Counted from the first letter of the stretch, positions 52,122-61,571 are shown. The stretch: DNA of 62,755 nt from Bacillota bacterium (GCA_021847325.1 JAJZTY010000001.1:1-62755); one strand, 5' to 3'. A program made the numbers and translations. The notes: generated from the letters alone by a model not told the origin.

Positions 52122-53669
52122 ATGTTAAAAATGAACTCACTTGTAAATGCAGTTATAGAATTTAATCATTTAGATTCAAATCAAATTGATCAATTGTATA
52201 ATCCTAAGGAATATAAGATTTCTTCACATACTTTGTTTGATCAAGCTGAAGAAATTGTTTTAAGTCATATTAAGAAGAATAATAAAATTATTATCTGTGG
52301 AGACTATGATGCGGATGGTATTTGTTCAACAACAATCCTTTACAGAACACTAAAAAAATTAAATGCAGATGTAGGTTACTATATTCCCAATCGATTTAAA
52401 GAAGGGTATGGATTAAATGATAATACTGTTGAATTAGCCTTAAACAAAGGGTATGAGCTATTCATTCTTGTGGATAATGGTGTCAGTGCTGATTCTTCAC
52501 TTGTTAAAATTAAAGAGGCTGGAAAAAAGTGTATTATTTTGGATCATCATAGTTATGAAGGTGAAGTCTTATGTGATTGTCTTGTCCATCCCAATTTATT
52601 AGATGAAGATTATCATGATATGTGTGGGAGTGGTCTAGCGGTTAATTTAGCTGAAAGACTTATTGGTTATGATCCGTTTAATGTGAGTTTAGCTGGTATT
52701 GCGACGATTGCGGATTTGATGCCATTATGGGGATTTAATCGAAGTTTGGTTACTCGTAGTGTTTCAGAGATTAATAATCATCAAGCACAAGTATTCATGA
52801 ATCTACTTAATTCTTCAAAATCAATTAGTGAAACTGATATTGCATTTCAGTTAGTACCCAAACTTAATGCGATTGGTCGGTTAGCTGATGTGATTGATGT
52901 AAATCAAGTAGTTAAATATCTCTGTTTAGATAATATTGGTTCTATTGATGCGTTTTCAAAAGAAATCATTCGTGTTAATGAAATGCGAAAAGAAATCAAT
53001 CAAAGAATGTATGTTAAGGCGTTGGAAATGTTAAGTAATGAAAATGTTATTGTTTTATATGATGAATCATTTCATGAAGGAATTGTTGGTATAACAGCAG
53101 GTCGATTAGCGTCTGAGCTAAAGAAACCAGTATTTGTTTTAAACAAAGAAGGTAATCGCTTAAAGGGAAGTGGTCGATCATTTGGTTCGATTGATTTGAG
53201 AGATCTTGTTAGTCCGGCAAATCATCTTTTAAATCGATTTGGAGGGCATACTCAAGCGGCTGGATTAGAATTAGATATAAGTAATGTGAATGCCTTTATA
53301 CAGTTGGTTAATGAGAATAAAGAGGCTTTAATTCAACATAGTGTTGATTATCAATTTTTGGATATGAAACATGAATGGTTAGATTTAGATGTATTTAATG
53401 AACTTTTAAATTATGGACCATTTGGTCAAGGGTTCCAAATTCCTTCATTTAGATTTAATGAATTTGAAATTAAAAGCAGTCGAATTATTCGTGGTGGAAT
53501 TAGTTTTGATTTAAGTATATATAACATGAATATAAGTGCAGTATATTTTCAATCAATTTTAGATGAACGCTTAATTCTTTCTAATTTTTCAAGTTTTATA
53601 GGACGAGTCACTTTAGATGAATTTAGAGGTCAAAGGAAGCTTAAAATCATGATCGAGAGCTTTGAGTAA
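52122..53669 (+). CDS. recJ: Single-stranded-DNA-specific exonuclease RecJ (short form, DHH/DHHA1)
   Basis: DHH motifs (ICGDYDADG, VDNG, LDHH) and DHHA1 GGH motif (FGGHTQAAG). Confidence 0.88.
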   Translation: MLKMNSLVNAVIEFNHLDSNQIDQLYNPKEYKISSHTLFDQAEEIVLSHIKKNNKIIICGDYDADGICSTTILYRTLKKLNADVGYYIPNRFKEGYGLNDNTVELALNKGYELFILVDNGVSADSSLVKIKEAGKKCIILDHHSYEGEVLCDCLVHPNLLDEDYHDMCGSGLAVNLAERLIGYDPFNVSLAGIATIADLMPLWGFNRSLVTRSVSEINNHQAQVFMNLLNSSKSISETDIAFQLVPKLNAIGRLADVIDVNQVVKYLCLDNIGSIDAFSKEIIRVNEMRKEINQRMYVKALEMLSNENVIVLYDESFHEGIVGITAGRLASELKKPVFVLNKEGNRLKGSGRSFGSIDLRDLVSPANHLLNRFGGHTQAAGLELDISNVNAFIQLVNENKEALIQHSVDYQFLDMKHEWLDLDVFNELLNYGPFGQGFQIPSFRFNEFEIKSSRIIRGGISFDLSIYNMNISAVYFQSILDERLILSNFSSFIGRVTLDEFRGQRKLKIMIESFE

Positions 53670-53742
53670 TAATCCAAACATTGTAGTCTTTCTTGTATTT
53701 TAGAATGGTTTTGTTATAATAAACCTGTTATAGGAGATAGCC

Positions 53743-54258
53743 ATGGATTATAAAAAATATATTGCGGATATACAAGATTTTCCAATTGAAGGGATTTTGT
53801 TTAGAGACATCACTCCACTTATGGGAGATGGTGAAGCATTTCATCAAGCAACACAAGAAATTGTTCAATTTGCAAGAGAAGTAAATGCAGAAATCGTTGT
53901 TGGACCTGAATCTAGAGGGTTTATTTTTGGTTGTCCAGTAGCGTTTGAATTGAATATAGGGTTTGTTCCTGTACGTAAACCAGGTAAACTACCTAGAGAA
54001 ACAGTTAGTTTTAGCTACGCTTTAGAATATGGTAAAAACGAATTACATGTTCATAAAGATAGTATTAAAAAGGGTCAAAGAGTATTAATTGTAGATGACT
54101 TATTAGCTACAGGTGGTACTGTTGAGGCAACAATTAAGTTAGTTGAACAACTTGGTGGTGAAGTTGTAGGATGTGCTTTCCTTATTGAGTTAAATGCATT
54201 AAAAGGACGCAATGTATTAAAGAATTATCCTGTATTTACACTTGTTAATTATGACTAA
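53743..54258 (+). CDS. apt: Adenine phosphoribosyltransferase
   Basis: [15 protein letters not shown] and PRPP motif [13 protein letters not shown]. Confidence 0.93.
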   Translation: MDYKKYIADIQDFPIEGILFRDITPLMGDGEAFHQATQEIVQFAREVNAEIVVGPESRGFIFGCPVAFELNIGFVPVRKPGKLPRETVSFSYALEYGKNELHVHKDSIKKGQRVLIVDDLLATGGTVEATIKLVEQLGGEVVGCAFLIELNALKGRNVLKNYPVFTLVNYD

Positions 54259-54281
54259 TCGAAGACATGTCTTCGATTTTT
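54257..54281 (+). terminator. Intrinsic terminator after apt
   Basis: Hairpin aatcgaagac-at-gtcttcgatt followed by a T run. Confidence 0.8.
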
Positions 54282-54294
54282 AAAAGAAAGAACT

Positions 54295-56496
54295 ATGCAA
54301 GGCAAAAAACAAGAAATTACGATTCAAGCCATATTGGATTTAGTTAAAACCTATTATCCAGATCAAGATTCCTTAGATTTAATATCTAAGGCTTTTAAAT
54401 ATGCGAATGAAAAACATAAAGATCAGTTTCGTAAAAGTGGTGAGCCTTATATTGTACATTTATTGAATGTCGCGTATATCCTTGCGGACTTGAAATTAGG
54501 TCCTAAAGCTATTGCGGCAGGCCTTTTACATGATGTTATTGAAGATTGTGGCGTTTCTCGAGAAGAAATGGTAAAAGAGTTTGATGAAGAAATAACAACT
54601 TTAGTAGAAAGTGTTACTAAAATTGGTAATATCGAATTCAAAGATGAAAAAGAATATATGGCAGTTAATCATCGTAAGATTTTTATTGCGATGGCAAAAG
54701 ATATTCGTGTTATTTTGATTAAACTCGTAGATCGTTTACATAATATGCGTACTCTTCAGTTTATGTCAGAGATTAAACAAAAGAAGATTGCGGCTGAAAC
54801 CTTAGATGTCTATGCGCCTATTGCACATCGATTAGGGATTAGTGAAATTAAGAATGAGTTAGAGGACTTAAGTTTTTACTATCTCTATCCAGATAAGTAT
54901 TATGAAATTGCACATCTTGTAGAAATACGAAAAGCTGAACGTGATCGTCAAGTGTTAACGATGATTAAAGATATTACAGAGTTACTTACCAAAAATGGTT
55001 TGAAATTTAGAATTTTCGGTCGTTCTAAACACTTATATAGTATTTATAAAAAAATGACAACTAAGAATAAACGATTCGATGAGATCTTGGATTTACATGC
55101 GATTCGAATTGTCACATCGGATGATGTGAGTTGTTATGAAGTGTTAGGTTACATACATGCAAAATATAGACCAATTCCTGGACGCTTAAAAGATTATATC
55201 GCAATGCCAAAGATGAATATGTACCAGTCTTTACATACAACGATTGTTGGTGAAGAAGGTAGTATTTATGAGGTTCAAATTCGTACAGAAGAAATGGACG
55301 CAATTGCTGAAAAAGGGGTTGCGGCTCATTGGCGTTATAAAGAAGGTAATAAGTATAACCAAGAAAGAGCTCAAAAAGAAATTGAAGAAAGATTATCTTG
55401 GTTCAAGGATTTTGGAGCTTTAACGCAGGAAAGTAAAGATGCGGATGAGTATATGGATATACTTACGCATGATGTTTTTGAAGCGAATGTTTATGTCATG
55501 TCACCAAAAGGACGAGTAATTGATTTACCGAATGGGGCAACTCCTTTAGATTTTGCATATCGAATTCATACTGAAATTGGTCATTCAACGGTTGGGGCAA
55601 TTGTAAATAATGTACTTGTTCCTTTAAATACACCATTAAAAACAGGGGATGTCGTTTCAATTCGTACTTCTAAGCAATCCAATGGTCCTTCAGAAGATTG
55701 GTTGAAAATCGTTAAAACAGCTCATGCGAAGAGTAAGATTCGAAATTTCCTACAAAAGAAGGAAATGGATGATCGTTCTGACACCATCGAAAAAGGTGAA
55801 CACTTATTTAGAGAAGAGTGTAAGCGTCGTGAGATTGATGATAAAGAATTAATTGGAAGTAAACGACTAGAAAGTGTTTTCCAACATTTTGCGATTAATA
55901 ATATCAATGATTTCTATTATGCGATTGCGGTTAAATCGCTTGCGATGCCTGCAATTTTTGAAAAGTTAAACATTCAACAAAAGAAAGGTATTTTAGATAG
56001 TTTTAGTTTGGAAAGAATGTTTAAGAGTAATCAATCTAAGAAAACATTCTCAAAATCTGGAATTCGGGTTTCTGGTGTTGATTCGATGATGATTAGCTTA
56101 GCGGGTTGTTGCACACCTGTTCCAGGGGATTCCATAGTTGGATTTATTACCAAGGGTCAAGGTGTTAAAGTACATCGAACAGATTGTGTAAATATTAAGA
56201 ATGAAACTAAACGTTTAATCAATGTGGAATGGGATGAAGAAAGAAAAGAAGGTAAGTATGAAGTTAAACTTTATATTTTAGCTCAGGATCGTTCGTTCTT
56301 AATTTCTGATATTGTGACGATTATCAATCAGTGTAAAGCAGGTCTTGTAGCGGTTAATTCTACTGTTAATGAAGATAAGATTACCGCATCAACTTATTTG
56401 AATGTTGTTGTGACTGATTCTGAACATCTACAAACTGTAATCGCAAATCTTAAAAAGATTGATAATGTTTTCGAAGTTCATCGTGCTCAATCATAG
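54295..56496 (+). CDS. relA: Bifunctional (p)ppGpp synthetase/hydrolase RelA/SpoT homologue
   Basis: HD hydrolase domain (HLLNVA...HDVIED), synthetase domain (YQSLHTT), and TGS and ACT C-terminal domains. Confidence 0.93.
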   Translation: MQGKKQEITIQAILDLVKTYYPDQDSLDLISKAFKYANEKHKDQFRKSGEPYIVHLLNVAYILADLKLGPKAIAAGLLHDVIEDCGVSREEMVKEFDEEITTLVESVTKIGNIEFKDEKEYMAVNHRKIFIAMAKDIRVILIKLVDRLHNMRTLQFMSEIKQKKIAAETLDVYAPIAHRLGISEIKNELEDLSFYYLYPDKYYEIAHLVEIRKAERDRQVLTMIKDITELLTKNGLKFRIFGRSKHLYSIYKKMTTKNKRFDEILDLHAIRIVTSDDVSCYEVLGYIHAKYRPIPGRLKDYIAMPKMNMYQSLHTTIVGEEGSIYEVQIRTEEMDAIAEKGVAAHWRYKEGNKYNQERAQKEIEERLSWFKDFGALTQESKDADEYMDILTHDVFEANVYVMSPKGRVIDLPNGATPLDFAYRIHTEIGHSTVGAIVNNVLVPLNTPLKTGDVVSIRTSKQSNGPSEDWLKIVKTAHAKSKIRNFLQKKEMDDRSDTIEKGEHLFREECKRREIDDKELIGSKRLESVFQHFAINNINDFYYAIAVKSLAMPAIFEKLNIQQKKGILDSFSLERMFKSNQSKKTFSKSGIRVSGVDSMMISLAGCCTPVPGDSIVGFITKGQGVKVHRTDCVNIKNETKRLINVEWDEERKEGKYEVKLYILAQDRSFLISDIVTIINQCKAGLVAVNSTVNEDKITASTYLNVVVTDSEHLQTVIANLKKIDNVFEVHRAQS

Positions 56497-56529
56497 TTGT
56501 TCAGATAAATTATTTGTGATAAAATTGAA

Positions 56530-56741
56530 TAAATTCATTGAATAGGAAGTTTTATACGCTTCATTTTATAGAGAGGAACGATTTGGTGAAAGTTCCATAT
56601 GAAAGTATAAATTGACACCTAGGAGAAGCTAACTTGAATTGAGTAGAGTTAGACGGGCTGCCGTTATCCAGTTGAGTGTGTATTTCGATACAAATTAAGG
56701 TGGTACCACGTGAAAGCGTCCTTATATAGGAGGCTTTTTTT
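56530..56741 (+). promoter_or_regulatory. T-box leader (tRNA-His) with terminator
   Basis: AGAGAGG and GGTGAAAG Stem I elements, a candidate specifier CAC (56616-56618), the T-box sequence AAATTAAGGTGGTACCACG (56692-56710), and terminator agcgtcct-tatat-aggaggct plus T run. Confidence 0.88.
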
Positions 56742-56760
56742 ATTTAAAGGAGGAAAACGT

Positions 56761-58080
56761 ATGAGTAAGTTTCAAGTTCCAAGAGGAACACAAGATGTTT
56801 TTGGTAAAGAAGTTAGACAATGGCATAAGATAGAAGCTTTGATAAAAGAAATGATGAATGTCTATGGTTTTGATGAGATTCGTACACCAGAGTTTGAACA
56901 CACAGAAGTATTTGCAAGAGGCAATGACTCAAGTGATGTGATAAACAAAGAGATGTATACCTTTATGGATAGAGGGGATCGTTCCCTAAGTTTAAAACCA
57001 GAAGGGACAGCTGGTTTAATACGATCATTTGTTGAAAATAAGATGTATACACAACCTGATATGCCTTTTAAGTATTATTACGTAAGTCCATGTTTTAGAT
57101 ATGAGCGTCCACAGAAAGGACGTATGCGTATTCATCATCAATTTGGAGTTGAAGTATTAGGTGATAAAACACCTTATATTGATGCGGAAGTAATTGGTTT
57201 AGGTTTAACATTTGTTAGAACTTTAGGTTTAAATGAGTTGAAAGTATTGGTTAATACATTAGGCGATAATGAAAGTAGAACATCTTATAAAACTGCACTT
57301 AAAGAACATTTTAAACCTGATTTACATACATTGTGTTCAGATTGTCAAAGACGATATGAACAGAATCCATTACGTATATTAGATTGTAAGGTCGACGCAA
57401 ATCATTCTTCAATACTCAATGCGCCAAAATTAAGAGATTATTTAAATGAAGAATCAAAAAATTACTTTGAAGATTTAATTCGTATCTTAAAAGATAGTGG
57501 AGTAGAGGTTGAAGTTTCTGATCGTTTAGTTAGAGGATTAGATTATTATACACATACTGTTTTTGAGGTAGTAAGTGTAAATAAAGATATGGGCTCTCAA
57601 GCAACCGTTTTTGGAGGTGGTCGATATGATTCACTTGTATCTGACTTTGGAGGCCCTGAATTAAGTGGAATTGGTTTTGGGATGGGAATTGAAAGATTAC
57701 TTGTCGCATTAAATGCGGAGGGAATAGATTTAGCGGATGAAAAAGAGTTAGATGTGTTCTGTGTAACATTGGATGATGAAGCATTGGATTATGCTTATCA
57801 TTTAAGTAATTTCTTGAGATTAAATGGATACAAAGCAGAATATGACTATTATCGTAAATCGTTTAAATCTCAATTTAAGAGTGTTGAGAGAAAGAATGCA
57901 AAGATTGTTATTTTACTAGGAAAAGATGAAATGAGTAAAGGTCAAGTTGTCTTGAAACGAATTGAAACACAGGAACAGGTAACAGTTTCTGAGAATGAGA
58001 TTTTACATCAGTTAGATCATTGGTTAAATGAAGATCATGTATGTGATCATGATCATCAACATGGAGGAGAACATGAATAG
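56761..58080 (+). CDS. hisS: Histidine--tRNA ligase
   Basis: MSKFQVPRGTQD N-terminus and class II motifs. The GTG start at 56710 in the ORF track lies inside the T-box terminator, so ATG at 56761 (AGGAGG RBS) is preferred. Confidence 0.93.
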   Translation: MSKFQVPRGTQDVFGKEVRQWHKIEALIKEMMNVYGFDEIRTPEFEHTEVFARGNDSSDVINKEMYTFMDRGDRSLSLKPEGTAGLIRSFVENKMYTQPDMPFKYYYVSPCFRYERPQKGRMRIHHQFGVEVLGDKTPYIDAEVIGLGLTFVRTLGLNELKVLVNTLGDNESRTSYKTALKEHFKPDLHTLCSDCQRRYEQNPLRILDCKVDANHSSILNAPKLRDYLNEESKNYFEDLIRILKDSGVEVEVSDRLVRGLDYYTHTVFEVVSVNKDMGSQATVFGGGRYDSLVSDFGGPELSGIGFGMGIERLLVALNAEGIDLADEKELDVFCVTLDDEALDYAYHLSNFLRLNGYKAEYDYYRKSFKSQFKSVERKNAKIVILLGKDEMSKGQVVLKRIETQEQVTVSENEILHQLDHWLNEDHVCDHDHQHGGEHE

Positions 58081-59818
58081 AACACATCATTGTGGTGAAT
58101 TATCACCGAAGAATTTAGGACAAAATGTAACACTTGTTGGGTGGGTTAGTAAACGTCGTAATTTTGGATCTATTGTTTTTATTGATTTAAGAGATCGAGA
58201 AGGAATTACTCAATGCGTTTTTGATGAGTCTTTAAGTGAAAGTATTAAGGATGTTCGAAATGAATATATTCTTGAAATAAAAGGTGAAGTCATTTTAAGA
58301 AAAGACGCAAATCCAAAGATTAGTACGGGTGAAATTGAAATTAAGGTTAGTTCATTCACTGTCATCAATCAAGCAGAGTTAACACCTATGATTATTCAAG
58401 ATGAAACAGATGCACTTGAAGATACACGATTAAAATATCGTTATTTAGATTTACGTCGCCCTGTTATGCAAAAGAAATTGATTCAACGTGCGAAGATTGT
58501 TCGTACAATGCGTAACTTTTTAGATGAAAATGGGTTTATTGATGTTGAAACACCAATGTTAACAAAGTCTACTCCTGAAGGGTCACGTGAGTATTTAGTG
58601 CCTTCACGTGTGCATGAAGGAGAGTTTTATGCTTTAGCACAATCACCTCAAATTTTTAAACAATTACTTATGGTTGCAGGATTAGAACGTTACTATCAAG
58701 TTGCTCGTTGTTTTAGAGATGAAGATTTAAGAGCTGATCGACAATTGGATTTTACCCAAATTGATATTGAGACATCGTTCTTGGATGAGAATGAGTTTCA
58801 CGAGATTATTGAATCAATGACAAAAGATGTCATGAAGAAAGTCTTAGATATTGATGTAAAAACACCTTTCTTGAAATTAAGCTATGCAGATGCGATGAAT
58901 TTCTATGGTAGTGATAAACCAGATAATCGTTTTGATTTGAAGCTGAATGAACTAAAAGATGTTTTCAAAAACTCTGAGTTCCAAGTGTTTAAGTCTGCAC
59001 TAGAGCATAAAGATGGATCAATTAAGGCAATTGTACTTGAGAATGGTGCACATTTTACACGTAAAGAAACAGATGCTTTAACTGAAGTAGCAAAGAAGAA
59101 TGGAGCTAAGGGTTTAGTTGTATTGAAATATGTGAACGGAATCATTGAAGGACCAGCATCAAAATTCTTTGTAGAATCTGAAGTATCATCATTAATTCGT
59201 ACATTAAATTTGAAAGAAAATGATTTAGTATTGATTACTGCTGATAAATGGGAGAAAGCAGCTAATGCGCTAGGCTCAGTTCGTTTGGCATTACGTGATA
59301 AATTAAATCTTACAAGTAAATCAGACTTTTCTTATTTATGGGTAGTGGATTTCCCAATGTTTGAATATGACGAAGATAGTCAAAAATATGTTGCGAAACA
59401 TCATCCATTTACACGTCCAAAGACGACTGATATTCAATATTTAAAAGAGAATCCTGCTGAAATTATGGCACATGCATATGACTTAGTTTTAAATGGATAT
59501 GAAATTGCAGGCGGATCACTAAGAATTTATGATCAAGATATGCAAAAAGCGATGTTTGAAATGATTGGATTTACAGATGAACAAATCAATGAACGATTTG
59601 GTTTCTTCGTTGATGCGTTTAAATATGGTACACCTCCACATGGTGGAATTGCCTTTGGTTTAGACCGTTTTGCGATGGTTCTAACTGAGTCAGATTCTTT
59701 AAGAGATGTCATCGCTTTCCCTAAAAATGCATCTGCTCGTTGTCCATTAACAAATGCACCTAGTGCAGTTGATGAAAAACAATTAAATGAATTGCATATT
59801 TTGATTGATAATAAATAA
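58073..59818 (+). CDS. aspS: Aspartate--tRNA ligase
   Basis: MNRTHHCGEL N-terminus, OB anticodon-binding domain, class II motifs (FRDEDLRADR, GGIAFGLDR). The ATG at 58073 overlaps the hisS 3' end by 8 nt and follows a GGAGGAG RBS. Confidence 0.93.
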   Translation: MNRTHHCGELSPKNLGQNVTLVGWVSKRRNFGSIVFIDLRDREGITQCVFDESLSESIKDVRNEYILEIKGEVILRKDANPKISTGEIEIKVSSFTVINQAELTPMIIQDETDALEDTRLKYRYLDLRRPVMQKKLIQRAKIVRTMRNFLDENGFIDVETPMLTKSTPEGSREYLVPSRVHEGEFYALAQSPQIFKQLLMVAGLERYYQVARCFRDEDLRADRQLDFTQIDIETSFLDENEFHEIIESMTKDVMKKVLDIDVKTPFLKLSYADAMNFYGSDKPDNRFDLKLNELKDVFKNSEFQVFKSALEHKDGSIKAIVLENGAHFTRKETDALTEVAKKNGAKGLVVLKYVNGIIEGPASKFFVESEVSSLIRTLNLKENDLVLITADKWEKAANALGSVRLALRDKLNLTSKSDFSYLWVVDFPMFEYDEDSQKYVAKHHPFTRPKTTDIQYLKENPAEIMAHAYDLVLNGYEIAGGSLRIYDQDMQKAMFEMIGFTDEQINERFGFFVDAFKYGTPPHGGIAFGLDRFAMVLTESDSLRDVIAFPKNASARCPLTNAPSAVDEKQLNELHILIDNK

Positions 59819-59835
59819 AATATGATATAATTTAG

Positions 59836-59990
59836 TTACCCAAAAGGACAACGTTATTTCCGACACTTCGATATAAGGGAAACGGAAGTTGTATATTTGT
59901 GTGAAAGCCAAGCATTGCTAGGAATCCTAAGAATATACACATGTTACCCACCTGATTCTCAGGGAATATATCACCTTTTGGGACATTTAT
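59836..59990 (+). ncRNA. ssrS: Candidate 6S RNA
   Basis: Non-coding gap after aspS, the position of 6S-1/bsrA in B. subtilis. Extended -10 TGaTATAAT at 59823-59831. Closing helix cccaaaagg (59839-59847) pairs with ccttttggg (59974-59982). An internal helix tgtatatt/aatataca flanks an apical hairpin, with unpaired central regions. A terminator follows. Confidence 0.6.
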
Positions 59991-59991
59991 T

Positions 59992-60017
59992 AAACCCGTT
60001 AACTCGGGTTTTAATTT
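59992..60017 (+). terminator. Intrinsic terminator of the 6S RNA candidate
   Basis: Hairpin aaacccg-ttaact-cgggttt followed by taattt. Confidence 0.7.
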
Positions 60018-60045
60018 GGTTTTTGTAACAATTAATGGGTGGAAA

Positions 60046-61101
60046 ATGAATAAAAGTTTAATTTATAGTATGCATTCAAGATTAGGATATTGGATAAAAT
60101 TCGAAAGAAAGAGATTGTTAGATATAACAAATGATCCCAAATTAAGACAAGAAAAATTTATCTTACTAGATGAAGGTGAAACATTCTATGATTTTGTGGC
60201 AAATGAAGCGATTTGTTCAAGATCTACTTTATCACGTATTGAGAATGGGAAAATAGTATATGAGAAGACACTTATCAATTTCTTTCTTAAACGTTTTGAT
60301 AAAAAGTTCAGAATAAATGATTTTGAGACACACTTAATTGAAAGTACTATAAATGCTTTTCATGTATATGTGTTTAAAAACTGTAATATAGACGTTTCAT
60401 ATTTATTATCACTATGCTCAGATACAAATCAAAAAGTTTCTGATAATTTATTATGGGAGCTGGATTATGAACTTTTAACTATGTTAATTATGTGGTTTGA
60501 AGATTATAGAGTATTAAATCTATCTGAATTTAGACTTTTAGTTAAGAAATTTAAGGTATATCATGAATCATTAAGAGAGATTCTTATTTTTTATTTTTGT
60601 TTCTCTGTGTTTTTTAATCCAGATCTTTGGTCTTATCACAATGAAATAAAATTACTAATAAAGGATGAGTATCCTGATAATGATTTATTAACTATTTTTG
60701 ATGATTTATTTGGAAAGCCAGAATCACATTTTATTCGATCGTATTATCGTAATAAACATTTGATATTAAATGAGAGCTTTTTATATCGATGTTCAACTCC
60801 TTTTAAAATGATTTTTGAAAAGCATATAAATGTAAAGAAGTACAATAATTTACACTATCTATGTCTTATTCATAAAATTTCGAATAGAGATTTCACAACA
60901 TTATTACAGTTTGAAGCAGAATTATTTAGTTTATTAAATAAGCATGAAATGGAAGAGGTATTAAATATCCATGATTTGTTATTCTTAATAAAGGATGAAC
61001 CAAATCCAAGGATTATTAATAAAATTGTTTTACAACGAATATATCCAAAAATTAAATCTAAAGATCAGATGTTAAAAGTACTTGAATTTCTTTTAGAATA
61101 A
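60046..61101 (+). CDS. XRE-family HTH regulator with a long all-helical C-terminal domain (RRNPP/Rgg-like architecture)
   Basis: N-terminal HTH ending in CSRSTLSRIENGK. The remaining ~280 aa are rich in Leu/Phe/Tyr/Asn and look helical-repeat-like. ATG at 60046 preferred; the TTG at 60016 lies inside the upstream terminator. Confidence 0.6.
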   Translation: MNKSLIYSMHSRLGYWIKFERKRLLDITNDPKLRQEKFILLDEGETFYDFVANEAICSRSTLSRIENGKIVYEKTLINFFLKRFDKKFRINDFETHLIESTINAFHVYVFKNCNIDVSYLLSLCSDTNQKVSDNLLWELDYELLTMLIMWFEDYRVLNLSEFRLLVKKFKVYHESLREILIFYFCFSVFFNPDLWSYHNEIKLLIKDEYPDNDLLTIFDDLFGKPESHFIRSYYRNKHLILNESFLYRCSTPFKMIFEKHINVKKYNNLHYLCLIHKISNRDFTTLLQFEAELFSLLNKHEMEEVLNIHDLLFLIKDEPNPRIINKIVLQRIYPKIKSKDQMLKVLEFLLE

Positions 61102-61250
61102 CTGCACATTTCATTAAAAATAAGCAAAAAACGGGCTTTTAAAATAAATGTCCACAATAGTATGAATTTTGTACGAAATTATTTATATTTTTTATGAAAG
61201 GAGCGGAAAATAATCAATTTACTCGCCAGGTAAATTGCTTAGATGATGGG

Positions 61251-61276
61251 GAAGAGTTGAGATACTCTTCTTTTTT
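61251..61276 (+). terminator. Intrinsic terminator downstream of the regulator gene
   Basis: Hairpin gaagagt-tgagat-actcttc followed by tttttt. Confidence 0.8.
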
Positions 61277-61332
61277 GTTATTGAATATTGTGATAAAACA
61301 AGGTACACTATAGCAGTAAGGAAGGTTCGGTT

Positions 61333-61548
61333 ATGGAATTTCTATCGTCAATTTTAAGTTTAATATTTGGTATTTTAATCGGTGGTGGTTTAGGGTTCTA
61401 CTTCACTCGTAGAAAATTCTTAAAGGATTTAAAGGAAAACCCACCTATCAATGAAAAAATGATTCGTGCTATGTATATGCAGATGGGTCGTAAACCTTCT
61501 GAAGCTCAAATCAAACAAATCATGAAATCTATGGAGCAGTACAAATAA
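61333..61548 (+). CDS. yneF: UPF0154 family small membrane protein YneF
   Basis: A 71-aa protein with one N-terminal TM helix and the conserved NPPINEKMIRAMYMQMGRKPSE motif. Confidence 0.85.
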   Translation: MEFLSSILSLIFGILIGGGLGFYFTRRKFLKDLKENPPINEKMIRAMYMQMGRKPSEAQIKQIMKSMEQYK

Positions 61549-61571
61549 AAAAGGACATATGTCCTTTTTTT
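61547..61571. terminator. Bidirectional terminator between yneF and plsY
   Basis: aaaaaaggacat/atgtcctttttt perfect palindrome flanked by an A run and a T run. Confidence 0.85.

Noticed and set aside
56710-56760. The ORF-track N-terminal extension of hisS, starting at a GTG.
   Set aside because: The extension is encoded by the T-box core and terminator of the His leader. ATG at 56761 has an AGGAGG RBS and gives the canonical MSKFQVPRGTQD N-terminus.
61048-61120. A minus-strand 18-codon ORF (MKCAVILKEIQVLLTSDL) convergent with the 3' end of the regulator gene.
   Set aside because: There is no RBS or promoter, and it overlaps the regulator coding sequence in antisense. It was treated as a chance ORF.
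61194-61313. A 39-codon ORF (MKGAENNQFTRQVNCLDDGEELRYSSFLLLNIVIKQGTL) downstream of the HTH regulator, considered as a pheromone precursor.
   Set aside because: There is no RBS, and the ORF reads straight through the strong terminator hairpin at 61251-61276. It is more likely non-coding.
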